64,000 nucleotides of DNA, taken from contig CAUQSJ010000004.1 of the NCBI GenBank assembly GCA_963520835.1, positions 18,158-82,157 of the forward strand, read 5' to 3'. Below are positions 1 through 8,711 of this stretch, piece by piece. Position 1 is the stretch's first letter; each line of letters opens with the position of its first letter. A model generated the notes under the pieces. The model did no database searches, was not told where the DNA came from, and saw only the letters and a list, made by a program, of their open reading frames with translations. The position numbers were made by a program, and so were the translations under genes. Source of the DNA: an uncultured Candidatus Saccharibacteria bacterium (lineage in GTDB: Bacteria; Patescibacteriota; Saccharimonadia; Saccharimonadales; Saccharimonadaceae).

Positions 1-1523
1 ATGAGATCATTATCTTGCAGACGTTCGAGACCGGAGAAAATGAATTTATATTGGTTATTACTATAAATATCACCAGCGGAGTGGCCGGAAATTACGAGGT
101 TTCCGACTTGGCCTGGCAGCGCATCGGCGCCAGGAATTTTAAACTGGGCTACACCGTGATTCATTGCGTTATCAATGGTGGCGGTGTCGTTAGCGATGTT
201 AAAGTGCGCTGGAACGTCGATATTGAGTTTTGGAATAATGAGTTTCGGATCGGCGGTCGGGGCGGCAGTGATGGTCGGATCAATGGCGGTGATTTCGGTA
301 TCATTAGAATTTCCGGGAGCGATATAGGCCATAATCGGAGCGAAGATTAAGCGGTTATATTGCAGGAATAGGATGAAAAGGACGGTGAAAACTCCGGCGA
401 AAATCGGGATGAATTTACGGTGTTTTTTAGAGAGCTGGAAGCTGCTGCTGGCTTTTTTCTGAATGCGTTCTTTTAAGGTAGCTTCGATGGTTTTAACATG
501 AATTGATTCGAGCGAAGGAGGAGTTTCGGTGGATTTGGCTTGGGGGGTTTCTGAATTTTGTTCTGTGGTCTCGAGGCTTTTAGATTTTGGGTTTTTGAGA
601 TTTTCGATTAGACGCTTTTGACTATCGAGAGCTAGTTGGCCGATTTGGTTGCGTTTTTCGTATTGATTGTTTAGTTCGGTTTTTTCGGTTTCAACGTAGG
701 ACTTGGCGGCTTTGGCATAATATTCGCTGTAATATTTTTGATAATAATTTTGCCAGGCACTGTGGTAATTTTGCCAATCCACCTTCTGATTCATATTAAT
801 CGGGGCTTGCTTGAGTGAACCGATTTCGCCCCCGGTAGGCTGGGTTTGATAATTGTATTGTGGGTTATTTTGCGCGTTGTATTGTGTGTTGGGTTGTACG
901 GCGTAAGTTTGATGGGTGGCCGCATGGTTCCCAGTGGTACCGCCTAAATTGGTTGATGTTTGACTACTAAAATTTTGACTAATTGAACTTTGGTTTTGAT
1001 AAGGATTGTAACGGTTGGTGCCAGTTTGAATTTGATAAGTGCGGCGAAAAGGATTGCCCGTGGTAGGAGATTTTTGGGCGGCAAAATTTTGATAAACTGG
1101 ACGGTCGGTGGATTGTGACTGGCTGGATGCAGCGGATGAGGATTGATTATATGTAGCGCCAGTAGAAGTTTGTGGGCTTGAAACCTCAGTAGATGGATGT
1201 TTAAAAGAATTTTTGGCGTAAGTTTCAGTAGTTTGAGTGAGATCTTTTAGCTTTTTCTGCGCCTTGGAAATTAAATTAAATAAAAAATTTTTCGATGGTT
1301 TGGTGGTAGATGAGTTGGCGGAAGTGGCTGGTGGAGTGCTTGCGAGTTTTTGATTATATTCGGTAGAAGAAATCACGCGCGTAGGTGCGACGTTAACCAG
1401 ATTTTGGTTGGCAACAGAATTTTCACCTTGATGAAAGGCTTCCATGACTTTTTTTCGAGCGAGATCGGCAACGGTTTGACGTTGCTTATCCTCTGTAGAT
1501 TGCCCACCAGTTACAGAATTCAT
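1..1523 (-). CDS. sortase-family transpeptidase, 3'-partial (runs off the left edge); about 330 aa Q/N/S/T-rich N-terminal region, one TM helix, then the sortase fold
   Basis: My own translation of the minus strand from ATG (1523-1521) stays open to position 1. It is absent from the ORF track because no stop lies in the window. TM segment KFIPIFAGVFTVLFILFLQY is followed by LIIPKLNIDVPAHFN..GVAQFKIPGADALPGQVGNLVISGHSAG..FIFSGLERLQDNDL, which resembles the N-terminal half of sortase domains. The catalytic TLxTC motif would lie outside the window. Confidence 0.55.
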   Translation of the reverse strand, partial: MNSVTGGQSTEDKQRQTVADLARKKVMEAFHQGENSVANQNLVNVAPTRVISSTEYNQKLASTPPATSANSSTTKPSKNFLFNLISKAQKKLKDLTQTTETYAKNSFKHPSTEVSSPQTSTGATYNQSSSAASSQSQSTDRPVYQNFAAQKSPTTGNPFRRTYQIQTGTNRYNPYQNQSSISQNFSSQTSTNLGGTTGNHAATHQTYAVQPNTQYNAQNNPQYNYQTQPTGGEIGSLKQAPINMNQKVDWQNYHSAWQNYYQKYYSEYYAKAAKSYVETEKTELNNQYEKRNQIGQLALDSQKRLIENLKNPKSKSLETTEQNSETPQAKSTETPPSLESIHVKTIEATLKERIQKKASSSFQLSKKHRKFIPIFAGVFTVLFILFLQYNRLIFAPIMAYIAPGNSNDTEITAIDPTITAAPTADPKLIIPKLNIDVPAHFNIANDTATIDNAMNHGVAQFKIPGADALPGQVGNLVISGHSAGDIYSNNQYKFIFSGLERLQDNDL

Positions 1524-1544
1524 AAAAATATTATAACAGAGTTA

Positions 1545-1573
1545 TTGGAAATACTCTATAAATATGATAAAAT
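1545..1573 (+). promoter_or_regulatory. sigma70-like promoter of tRNA-Leu
   Basis: -35 TTGGAA (1545-1550), 17-nt spacer, -10 TAAAAT (1568-1573). The tRNA 5' end lies 9 nt after the -10. Confidence 0.5.
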
Positions 1574-1581
1574 TTCTCTAT

Positions 1582-1668
1582 GGGCGAATGGCGGAATTGG
1601 TAGACGCGCCAGACTCAAAATCTAGTTCCAGCAATGGAGTGTGGGTTCGATTCCCACTTCGCCCACCA
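1582..1668 (+). tRNA. tRNA-Leu (anticodon CAA), long variable arm, CCA encoded
   Basis: Hand-folded cloverleaf: acceptor GGGCGAA/TTCGCCC, T arm GTGGG-TTCGATT-CCCAC, anticodon loop CTCAAAA, variable arm TCCA-GCAA-TGGA. There is one C-A mismatch in the anticodon stem. Confidence 0.88.
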
Positions 1669-1762
1669 GGTGTATTTTTCGAAATTACATTGGTTGTAAA
1701 TGATATTATTGGGTCTTCTCTGTCTGAGATTGACCTTTTTTGATTGCTAATTTTAAAAGAAA

Positions 1763-2344
1763 TTAAATCCAATTAATTAGACGGTTAAGTACTTCTTTTT
1801 GATAAATCGGTTCTTTGTTATGATTTTGATAACTATGGTCGGCATTTTTTATTTCAATTACGGCTACTTTATTGCCGACAATTTTCTGTACTTCGGATGG
1901 CGTTGCAAAGCGGTCATTTTCGCCTTGTATAATAAGTTTTAGGTTCTCTGAAATTGCGTTTTGCTTTATTTCGTTTGGAATATAGCCTAAGATAATGAGA
2001 TTTATGGATTTGTCTGGATATTTTGCAAAATAATAACTAGAAATGATTCCGCCGAGTGATTTGGCAATAATCGTGATACGGTTATATCCTTCTGTGTGAA
2101 CAAAATTAATGACTTGTTTGAGAGTTGATATTTCTTCTAATAGATCAGGGCCACTAGAGTTTTCTTCCCTACGCTCACAGTATGGAAAATTAAAACATAG
2201 CGCACTATTATTGGTCTTAGAGATTGTATCAAAAATGGCGGAGATAAAATCTGTTTCTACGCCAACTGGCCCACCGCCATGGATGATTAGGTAAATATTT
2301 TTACTTTTATTCTTTCTATAATATTTATAGGTAAGTCCTTCCAT
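1763..2344 (-). CDS. alpha/beta-fold serine hydrolase (small, dienelactone-hydrolase-like)
   Basis: 193 aa. Motifs: IIHGGG oxyanion-type, nucleophile elbow AKSLGG, later ENDRF and ADHSY (candidate Asp/His). Confidence 0.65.
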   Translation of the reverse strand: MEGLTYKYYRKNKSKNIYLIIHGGGPVGVETDFISAIFDTISKTNNSALCFNFPYCERREENSSGPDLLEEISTLKQVINFVHTEGYNRITIIAKSLGGIISSYYFAKYPDKSINLIILGYIPNEIKQNAISENLKLIIQGENDRFATPSEVQKIVGNKVAVIEIKNADHSYQNHNKEPIYQKEVLNRLINWI

Positions 2345-2487
2345 GAGGTATACTCCATTATTTAGTGTTATTACATATCAAAATCCTAAAAGAATCAAGG
2401 GGTGGGTCGATTTTTAATTATTATTCTTTTTGTGCTAAAATAAGAGATAGATATTTTAAATTGTAAAAACAACAGAAAGATTTTTAG

Positions 2488-2985
2488 GTGAATAAACGAA
2501 TAAAAAATATCATTTTGATGGTAATCCTGATGGCTGGCTGTTTGGGCCTTTTTTTGTTTAGTAAACAGATTAAAATTGATAACGAAAATAATCCTGTGCG
2601 AAATTATGTGGGGCAGTCAAAAGAAATTATTCAGAGTCAGCTAAATGAAAAAACGGAAGCGGTAAAGAAGCTAAAATCGGAACTCGAACAAAATCCGGTG
2701 CGTGAGACGGAAGAAAAAATTCATGCACTGGAGGCGGAAATTCTGGACCTGGAGGAAGAAAAATATAAAGTTGAAAGTAATTTTTATAAAAATCTCCAGA
2801 GTGGTACGGATGCAAGAATTAATTTGGTGCTTAAAGGTATTTGTTTGGTGCTTATGTTGATAGTGGCGATTTGGCTAAAAACCAAGCAGAAAAATAGACA
2901 CGAAAAAACAGAGGAAAAAATACCTAAAACACCAAAATTAAAAATGGAAATTCCGGAAAGAAAAGATACAAGTGATAAAAAATAA
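2488..2985 (+). CDS. hypothetical bitopic membrane protein with a central coiled coil
   Basis: 165 aa, GTG start. N-terminal TM (IILMVILMAGCLGLFLF), heptad-like charged middle, second TM (LVLKGICLVLMLIVAIWL), Lys-rich tail. Overlaps the ATPase start by 14 nt. Confidence 0.45.
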   Translation: MNKRIKNIILMVILMAGCLGLFLFSKQIKIDNENNPVRNYVGQSKEIIQSQLNEKTEAVKKLKSELEQNPVRETEEKIHALEAEILDLEEEKYKVESNFYKNLQSGTDARINLVLKGICLVLMLIVAIWLKTKQKNRHEKTEEKIPKTPKLKMEIPERKDTSDKK

Positions 2986-5410
2986 GCAGGATGCAGGTGG
3001 GATTCAGGGACTTAGCCAGGAAGAAGTAAATGAGCGTGTTAAAAAATGCCAAGTGAATACTGCGGTTCAGGCGCCGACGAAAACGTTTGGTGAAATTGTA
3101 CGCAGTAATTCCCTGACCTACTTTAACTTTGTTTTTTTGTTTTTAGCAACGTTGCTATTTTTGGTGCATGCTTATAAAGACATGAGTTTTTTGCCGCTGA
3201 TTTTTATCAACTCCTTGATCGGTATTTTGCAGGAATTAAGAGCGAAGCAAATTTTGGATAAACTGAGTGTCCTGAATACGCCAAAAATCAAAGTAGTGCG
3301 AGAGGTTAAGGAGCAAGAAATTTGGACGTATAAATTAGTATTAGATGACATTATTATTTTGGAGGCGGGGGCGCAAATTCCAGCAGATGCCGTGGTGGTA
3401 TCGGGTGAGATTCTGGTAAATGAGGCACTACTTACGGGGGAGTCGGATGAGATTAAAAAGACTACTGGGGACGAATTGATGTCGGGTAGTTTTGTGGTTT
3501 CAGGTAAATGTTATGCAAAATTAACTCGCGTGGGTGCAGAATCGTATATTTCACAACTAACCCTAAAAGCGAAGGCTATTAAAACCACTGAACAGTCGGA
3601 AATTTTGAAATCACTAAATAACTTTGTGAGACTAGCGGGAATTTTGATTATTCCAATCGGATTATTGATGTTTGGTCAACAATATCTTATTCATGCTACG
3701 CCGATAAAAATGAGCATTCAGGCGATGATTGCGGCGATAGTAGGTATGATACCAGAGGGATTATTCTTGCTTTCTTCGGTGACGTTAGTGCTTTCGGCGG
3801 TGCGTTTGGCGCAGAAAAAAGTTTTGGTACACGATATGCACTGTATTGAAACTTTGGCGCGCGTGGATGTTCTGTGTGTGGATAAAACTGGTACAATTAC
3901 GAACGATAAAATGAGTGTGAGCGGCGCCTATGAGATGACCGGATCCGAGGTAAAAAATGATCTTGATGTAGATTTTTGGCGAACAATGATGGCAGAGGAA
4001 GCGGATAATGATACAATGAAGGCGCTGAAAAAGTTTGTCGAAGAGCGAGCCGCTAGAGAATCGAAATTTGATAAAGATTCGGTACAGCAAATCATCGGTT
4101 TTTCTTCGAAGCATAAATATAGTGGTGTGCAATTTAAGGATAAAACTTTTTTGATTGGTGCGCCAGAATTTGTCTTGAAAGAAGATTTAAAAAAATACGA
4201 AAAGACTATCCAAAAATTTACCAAGCAAGGGTATAGAGTTTTAATTTTTGGTGAAGTTGTTAGTAAAAAAGATGTCGAGCTATTAGCTTCGGGAGAGCGG
4301 GAAATTTCGCCGATTAAGCCGACTAATATTGTACTTTTGATGAATGAAATTCGTGAGTCCGCCAAGCGTACGTTTAAATATTTTGCCGAACAGGGCGTGG
4401 AAGTGAAAGTGATTTCGGGCGACAATGCTGAGACGGTTTCGATTGTGGCAGAAAAAGCGGGGATTAAAAACGCCAAGAAATTTATTGATCTTTCGAGCTT
4501 GCCGGAGGGGTGTGATTTTGAAAAGATTGTACTAGAGAATACAGTTTTTGGACGCGTAAAGCCAGAAGAAAAGCGTAAGATGGTGAAAATTTTACAGAAG
4601 GCGGGACATACGGTAGCGATGACTGGAGACGGCGTGAATGATATTTTGGCCTTAAAAGATGCGGACTGTTCGGTGGCGATGGCCTCAGGTTCACAGGCGG
4701 CCTCGCAGGTGGCACAATTAGTGTTACTGGATTCGGATTTTTCACGCATGCCACAGATTGTAGATGAGGGGCGTCGAGTGGTAAATAATTTGGAGCGTTC
4801 TGGCTCGTTATTCTTAGTGAAGAACGTCTTTTCGTTTATTGTGGCGCTACTTTCGATTGGCTTTGGTTTTATGTATCCGCTTTTGCCGACACAGGTTTCA
4901 TTGGTTACGATGTTTACGATTGGTGTACCAAGTTTCTTCTTAGCGCAAATTCCGAATAAGGATTTGATTCGGGGAAATTTCATGATTAATATTTTGAAAA
5001 AGGCGATTCCGGCGGCACTGACTAATGTGGTGATCGTTTTGGCGTTAATTAATTTGAGGCTTTGGCTGGGGCTCACGCGCGAACAATTGGGGATGCTTTG
5101 TGTCTTAGGTTGGGAAGTGGTAGGTATTACTTATCTCGCGCGAATTTGTATGCCGTATGATAATATTTGGAAGAAATTAATTGTGGGTGGTTGTACTTTT
5201 GGTATGCTATTTTGTATGATTTTTCTGCAAAGCCTATTTAGTGTACATATCAATTTATCGATGGTTGAGTGGGTAATCTTCGGTGCGATTTTAATTATTA
5301 CGGTACCACTGATGATGACAATTGAAAATATGTCACGATGGCTTTATCGTAATGTGATGATTAAAATTCTAAAGAATAAGATTATTGATAAGTTACCAGA
5401 AATCGAATAG
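2972..5410 (+). CDS. cation-translocating P-type ATPase (type II-like)
   Basis: 812 aa. Motifs: TGES, PEGL in TM4, phosphorylation motif DKTGTIT, hinge TGDGVNDILALKDAD. Ion specificity cannot be assigned from sequence alone. Confidence 0.9.
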   Translation: MIKNKQDAGGIQGLSQEEVNERVKKCQVNTAVQAPTKTFGEIVRSNSLTYFNFVFLFLATLLFLVHAYKDMSFLPLIFINSLIGILQELRAKQILDKLSVLNTPKIKVVREVKEQEIWTYKLVLDDIIILEAGAQIPADAVVVSGEILVNEALLTGESDEIKKTTGDELMSGSFVVSGKCYAKLTRVGAESYISQLTLKAKAIKTTEQSEILKSLNNFVRLAGILIIPIGLLMFGQQYLIHATPIKMSIQAMIAAIVGMIPEGLFLLSSVTLVLSAVRLAQKKVLVHDMHCIETLARVDVLCVDKTGTITNDKMSVSGAYEMTGSEVKNDLDVDFWRTMMAEEADNDTMKALKKFVEERAARESKFDKDSVQQIIGFSSKHKYSGVQFKDKTFLIGAPEFVLKEDLKKYEKTIQKFTKQGYRVLIFGEVVSKKDVELLASGEREISPIKPTNIVLLMNEIRESAKRTFKYFAEQGVEVKVISGDNAETVSIVAEKAGIKNAKKFIDLSSLPEGCDFEKIVLENTVFGRVKPEEKRKMVKILQKAGHTVAMTGDGVNDILALKDADCSVAMASGSQAASQVAQLVLLDSDFSRMPQIVDEGRRVVNNLERSGSLFLVKNVFSFIVALLSIGFGFMYPLLPTQVSLVTMFTIGVPSFFLAQIPNKDLIRGNFMINILKKAIPAALTNVVIVLALINLRLWLGLTREQLGMLCVLGWEVVGITYLARICMPYDNIWKKLIVGGCTFGMLFCMIFLQSLFSVHINLSMVEWVIFGAILIITVPLMMTIENMSRWLYRNVMIKILKNKIIDKLPEIE

Positions 5411-5494
5411 TTAATCATTAATAAAACAGTTTATTAATAAAACCGGGGCGAATACCTTATAGGCTGTGACTTTTGGGATATTGAATGAGAATAA

Positions 5495-5523
5495 AAATAT
5501 CAGCTACGAAGCTGATATTTTTT
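5495..5523. terminator. bidirectional rho-independent terminator between convergent genes
   Basis: 11-bp perfect stem AAATATCAGCT / AGCTGATATTT with loop ACGA, an A-run on the left and a T-run on the right. Confidence 0.65.
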
Positions 5524-5548
5524 AATTGAAGCTTTGGGGCTTTAGTTT

Positions 5549-7516
5549 TTACCAACCGCCACCGCCGCCACCACCGCCACCGCCGCCGGAGAAGCCACCG
5601 CCACTGGAGTAGCCAGAACCGCCACTACTGCTACTGGTGGAATAAGTTGAGGACGAGCTGGAAATACTAGATGTAAAGCTACCAAAATCGGCATATGATA
5701 GAGCGTACCAGTTTGGAATGGTGTAATCGGTGCCAAGTTCCTCGTAGTATTTGTCGAGATTCTTAATCCAGGTTTTTTCAAGGCCGAAGAGCGCAGCATA
5801 AGGTAGAAGTTCCTCGTAAAGATGAACGATTCCCTCTGGCGAGGTGTCGACATCTTTGACATTTTGGAGGAAGTTAATACGTTCACTTTCAGCAAGATTA
5901 ATGTAATCTTTGAGGCCTTGCATGTAGACTACAACTTCGAGTCCGGCGTTAGTGAAATCACGATATTTTCTAGCAAAATGATTATAAGTAGAGGCGGCAA
6001 TAGATGTACCGATGAAAATAGCGGCAGCTAAGATGAAGAGCTCTGGCTTATAAATATAGAAAGAAGTGATATGGACGGTTTGGTCGGCGATGCGTAGAAG
6101 CCAAGAAAGGAGCTTCGGGAAGAATGGAAAGAACGAAGCGATACCGAAGAGCATGCCACCAAAAATGATAATAAAATGCACGCCAATGATACTGTCTAGA
6201 ATTCCCATTATGCCAGCTCTTTTATTGTCTTCTGTTAAACCTTTTTCGGCGATATCAAGTTTGATATTTGTATCATAACTCATAATGAACTGGTTGACCG
6301 AGTAGGAGTCGTTTTGTTTGAGCTTGAAAGTTTCGCCGATTTCGGGTAGGGTGGAAGATTGAGCCAAGACACGAAGCATGGATTTTTCTTCGGAGCTGAG
6401 ATTGTCGGTATTTAGGATTTTGACCGACCAAGATTGCTTCTTATTGAGGCCGAGGAAATTTTTTTCAATTGGATTTTTAATGATGTCAATTTTCTTATGG
6501 ACGGCTAAGCTAAGCACGGTGGCAGTCTTCTGATTAAGCGGAGTGAAGCTAAAGAAACCAGCTTGACCAACGGTGAGATCTTTTCGAGGTTGGTACTCCG
6601 GAACGCGGATTAAGCTCTTGTAGTGTTGATGTTTTTCGCGAACATGTTTTTGATAGTTACGAACGATACTGAAAATTGTAAAGAAAGAGAAAATTCCGAT
6701 AATAATACAGACTGCTACGGCAATGTAATTATATTTTGGTGGACGAATTTTGAAGGTGTCAGCCTTGATTGCGATAACAAAAGTTGCGCCTTCACCGGCT
6801 TTGAGGTTGTTGGCGGAAAAAGTAATGGAATTTTTGGTTTTTTCAATCTGACATTTATCCGTATCATTGGAACGATAAGCACCAGAGTAGCAGATAGGGT
6901 TACCAAAAATGGTGCTAGCAATTTCATCGGAAAAATGAAGCGTGCCGGAAACTTGCTCAAAAGGTTGCTTCCAGTCGACACCATTAATATTCCAGTAGAG
7001 CTCTTGATAAGCGCCAGAAATTGAGGAATTTGCAACATCTTTGAAGGCGGCGACTACATTATCGAAGCTATATTTAATCACGTAAGTTTGTTCGCCAGAG
7101 ACATAAGCGTCAGCATCACCGATTTTGAGTTTAATGTTAGAATCGGAAACGCTGGATTCAAATTTTTCCGATTGACCATTGCGAGTGACAGTGGCCTTAA
7201 AAGCGTACGGATCGTCAATAATTTGATTTCTGCCGGCTTGGTTGAAAATCGGGATTACGCGCATGATGCCATGATTGGTGTTTTCGTGGGTGAAATTGGC
7301 AACTAAGGTTTCGGTCACATCGAGCTTGGAGTATCCTTCGGTGTCTTTGGTTAGCTCATAGTCGGCATGAAAACTTTTGAAAGTAAAATCATTAACGGCG
7401 GAATTTTCGCTGCTTGAGCTACTGCGCTTTTTACGCGCAAAAGTCGGTTCGGCAGGAACTAAAATGATAGTAAAAATTGATAGTAATAAAATAAACCTTA
7501 AAAAGAATTTCCTCAT
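5549..7516 (-). CDS. DUF2207-like membrane protein with a Ser/Gly-rich C-terminal tail
   Basis: 655 aa. Signal/anchor, large extracytoplasmic beta-rich domain, several TM helices, tail SSSSGGSGYSSGGGFSGGGGGGGGGGGW. This architecture is typical of DUF2207. Confidence 0.7.
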   Translation of the reverse strand: MRKFFLRFILLLSIFTIILVPAEPTFARKKRSSSSSENSAVNDFTFKSFHADYELTKDTEGYSKLDVTETLVANFTHENTNHGIMRVIPIFNQAGRNQIIDDPYAFKATVTRNGQSEKFESSVSDSNIKLKIGDADAYVSGEQTYVIKYSFDNVVAAFKDVANSSISGAYQELYWNINGVDWKQPFEQVSGTLHFSDEIASTIFGNPICYSGAYRSNDTDKCQIEKTKNSITFSANNLKAGEGATFVIAIKADTFKIRPPKYNYIAVAVCIIIGIFSFFTIFSIVRNYQKHVREKHQHYKSLIRVPEYQPRKDLTVGQAGFFSFTPLNQKTATVLSLAVHKKIDIIKNPIEKNFLGLNKKQSWSVKILNTDNLSSEEKSMLRVLAQSSTLPEIGETFKLKQNDSYSVNQFIMSYDTNIKLDIAEKGLTEDNKRAGIMGILDSIIGVHFIIIFGGMLFGIASFFPFFPKLLSWLLRIADQTVHITSFYIYKPELFILAAAIFIGTSIAASTYNHFARKYRDFTNAGLEVVVYMQGLKDYINLAESERINFLQNVKDVDTSPEGIVHLYEELLPYAALFGLEKTWIKNLDKYYEELGTDYTIPNWYALSYADFGSFTSSISSSSSTYSTSSSSGGSGYSSGGGFSGGGGGGGGGGGW

Positions 7517-7536
7517 GGTTTAATTTTACCATAAAG

Positions 7537-7631
7537 CTAGAGGACTTCGTGTAGAGACGTTTGATTACTAGAGAACTTCGCGCAGAGAACGTTTGATTAC
7601 TAGAGAACTTCGCGTAGAGAACGCTTGATTA
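7537..7631 (-). repeat. 3 tandem copies (31/32/32 bp) of the ldh 3' end including the stop codon
   Basis: Copies at 7537-7567, 7568-7599 and 7600-7631. The last is the coding copy, ending IKRSLREVL-TAG. Copy 2 differs from the coding copy at 2 positions. Copy 1 has about 3 substitutions and a 1-nt deletion. Confidence 0.9.
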
Positions 7632-8514
7632 CATTGATGGAAGATTGCATACGGATGGCTTCCATCTCAGTAAGTTCGGTGTCGAGACGACGCACGATTC
7701 CCTTGCGGCCGACGATAGTAGGAAAACCAAAGAAGCAGTCGGAAAAATTATCATAAGTGGAAACTGGTAAGACGCGATTTTCGTCATTGAAAATACAATT
7801 CACGATACGAGTTACGCAGGCGCCGATGCCATAATATGTGGCACCTTTTTTGTTAATAATTTCGTAAGCCTGGTTCTTAGTGTCAGTTTCAATATTTTTG
7901 AGTTCAGAAGCTGAGATCAAATCAGTAATTGGTTGACCGCCAATATTAGCATTCGACCAGAGAGCAAATTCGCTGTCGCCATGTTCGCCCACTTGATAGG
8001 CGTGAACGGATTTTGGTGAAATGCCGAGACGATTAGCTACGTTATATTTTAGGCGGGCGGAATCGAGAACGGTGCCGGAGCCGATAACTTTGTGACTTGG
8101 AAAACCAGAATATTCCATGACGAGGTAGGATAAAACATCGACTGGATTGGTGACCATGAGAAAAATTCCCTGGAAGCCATTATTTACGAGATTTTCGACA
8201 ATTTCTTTGACGATTTTGGCGTTACGTGCGAGAAGTTCGGTACGGGTTTCACCACCTTTTTTCTGGGCGGCACCAGCGGTAATAATCACAAGATCGGTGT
8301 CTTTACTATCTTTTTCATAGGTTCCGGCGTGAATTTTCATGAAATTCGGTGAAACGGCTAGAGTGTCGCGTAGATCCATCGCTTCGCCCTCAGCATCAGC
8401 TTGATCTTGATCGATGAGAACGAGTTCATTGATGGCATTATGGGAAGAAACTAAAGAAAAACCAATACTGGCGCCAACGTTCCCTGTTCCAATAATCATC
8501 ACTTTGTTCGACAT
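7600..8514 (-). CDS. ldh: L-lactate dehydrogenase
   Basis: 304 aa. Motifs: Rossmann IIGTGNVGAS, ITAGAAQKKGETR substrate loop, VGEHGDSEF catalytic His region. Confidence 0.9.
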   Translation of the reverse strand: MSNKVMIIGTGNVGASIGFSLVSSHNAINELVLIDQDQADAEGEAMDLRDTLAVSPNFMKIHAGTYEKDSKDTDLVIITAGAAQKKGGETRTELLARNAKIVKEIVENLVNNGFQGIFLMVTNPVDVLSYLVMEYSGFPSHKVIGSGTVLDSARLKYNVANRLGISPKSVHAYQVGEHGDSEFALWSNANIGGQPITDLISASELKNIETDTKNQAYEIINKKGATYYGIGACVTRIVNCIFNDENRVLPVSTYDNFSDCFFGFPTIVGRKGIVRRLDTELTEMEAIRMQSSINVIKRSLREVL

Positions 8515-8581
8515 AGTTTTTCCACTCTGAAATTAAAAATATTATAGAAATGCTTACGTTTATTTTAACATATTTTTGCGA

Positions 8582-8711
8582 TTAGATTCGACGAATGTCC
8601 CAGTTAATATTAGTGGTGATGAGGTTTAAATTTGACGAATATCCCAGTTGATATTGGCAATGGGAGTCTTAAATTTGACGAACGTCCCAGTTAATACTAG
8701 CGGTAGCGACG
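8582..8711 (-). repeat. 3 tandem copies (44/43/43 bp) of the 3' end of CDS 8669-9478 including the stop codon
   Basis: Copies at 8582-8625, 8626-8668 and 8669-8711 (coding). Read on the minus strand, every copy ends in NINWD[IV]R[QR]I-TAA. Confidence 0.85.

Noticed and set aside
15-350. 111-aa plus-strand ORF at the left edge (TTG start)
   Set aside because: It lies entirely antisense to the sortase-domain coding region, which has recognisable conserved motifs. It has no RBS, and its Gly/Arg-rich composition is typical of antisense translation.
3928-5076. 382-aa minus-strand ORF, plus other long antisense ORFs (for example 45066-45581, 45789-46271, 35970-36443, 37680-38069)
   Set aside because: They are fully embedded antisense in well-supported conserved genes (P-type ATPase, tsf, rpsB, secA, serS). 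The translations are low-complexity Ser/Phe/Lys-rich with no motifs.
7537-8711. Tandem repeats as a CRISPR array
   Set aside because: The units are directly contiguous with no unique spacers, there are only three copies, each array is derived from the adjacent gene's coding end, and no cas genes are present.
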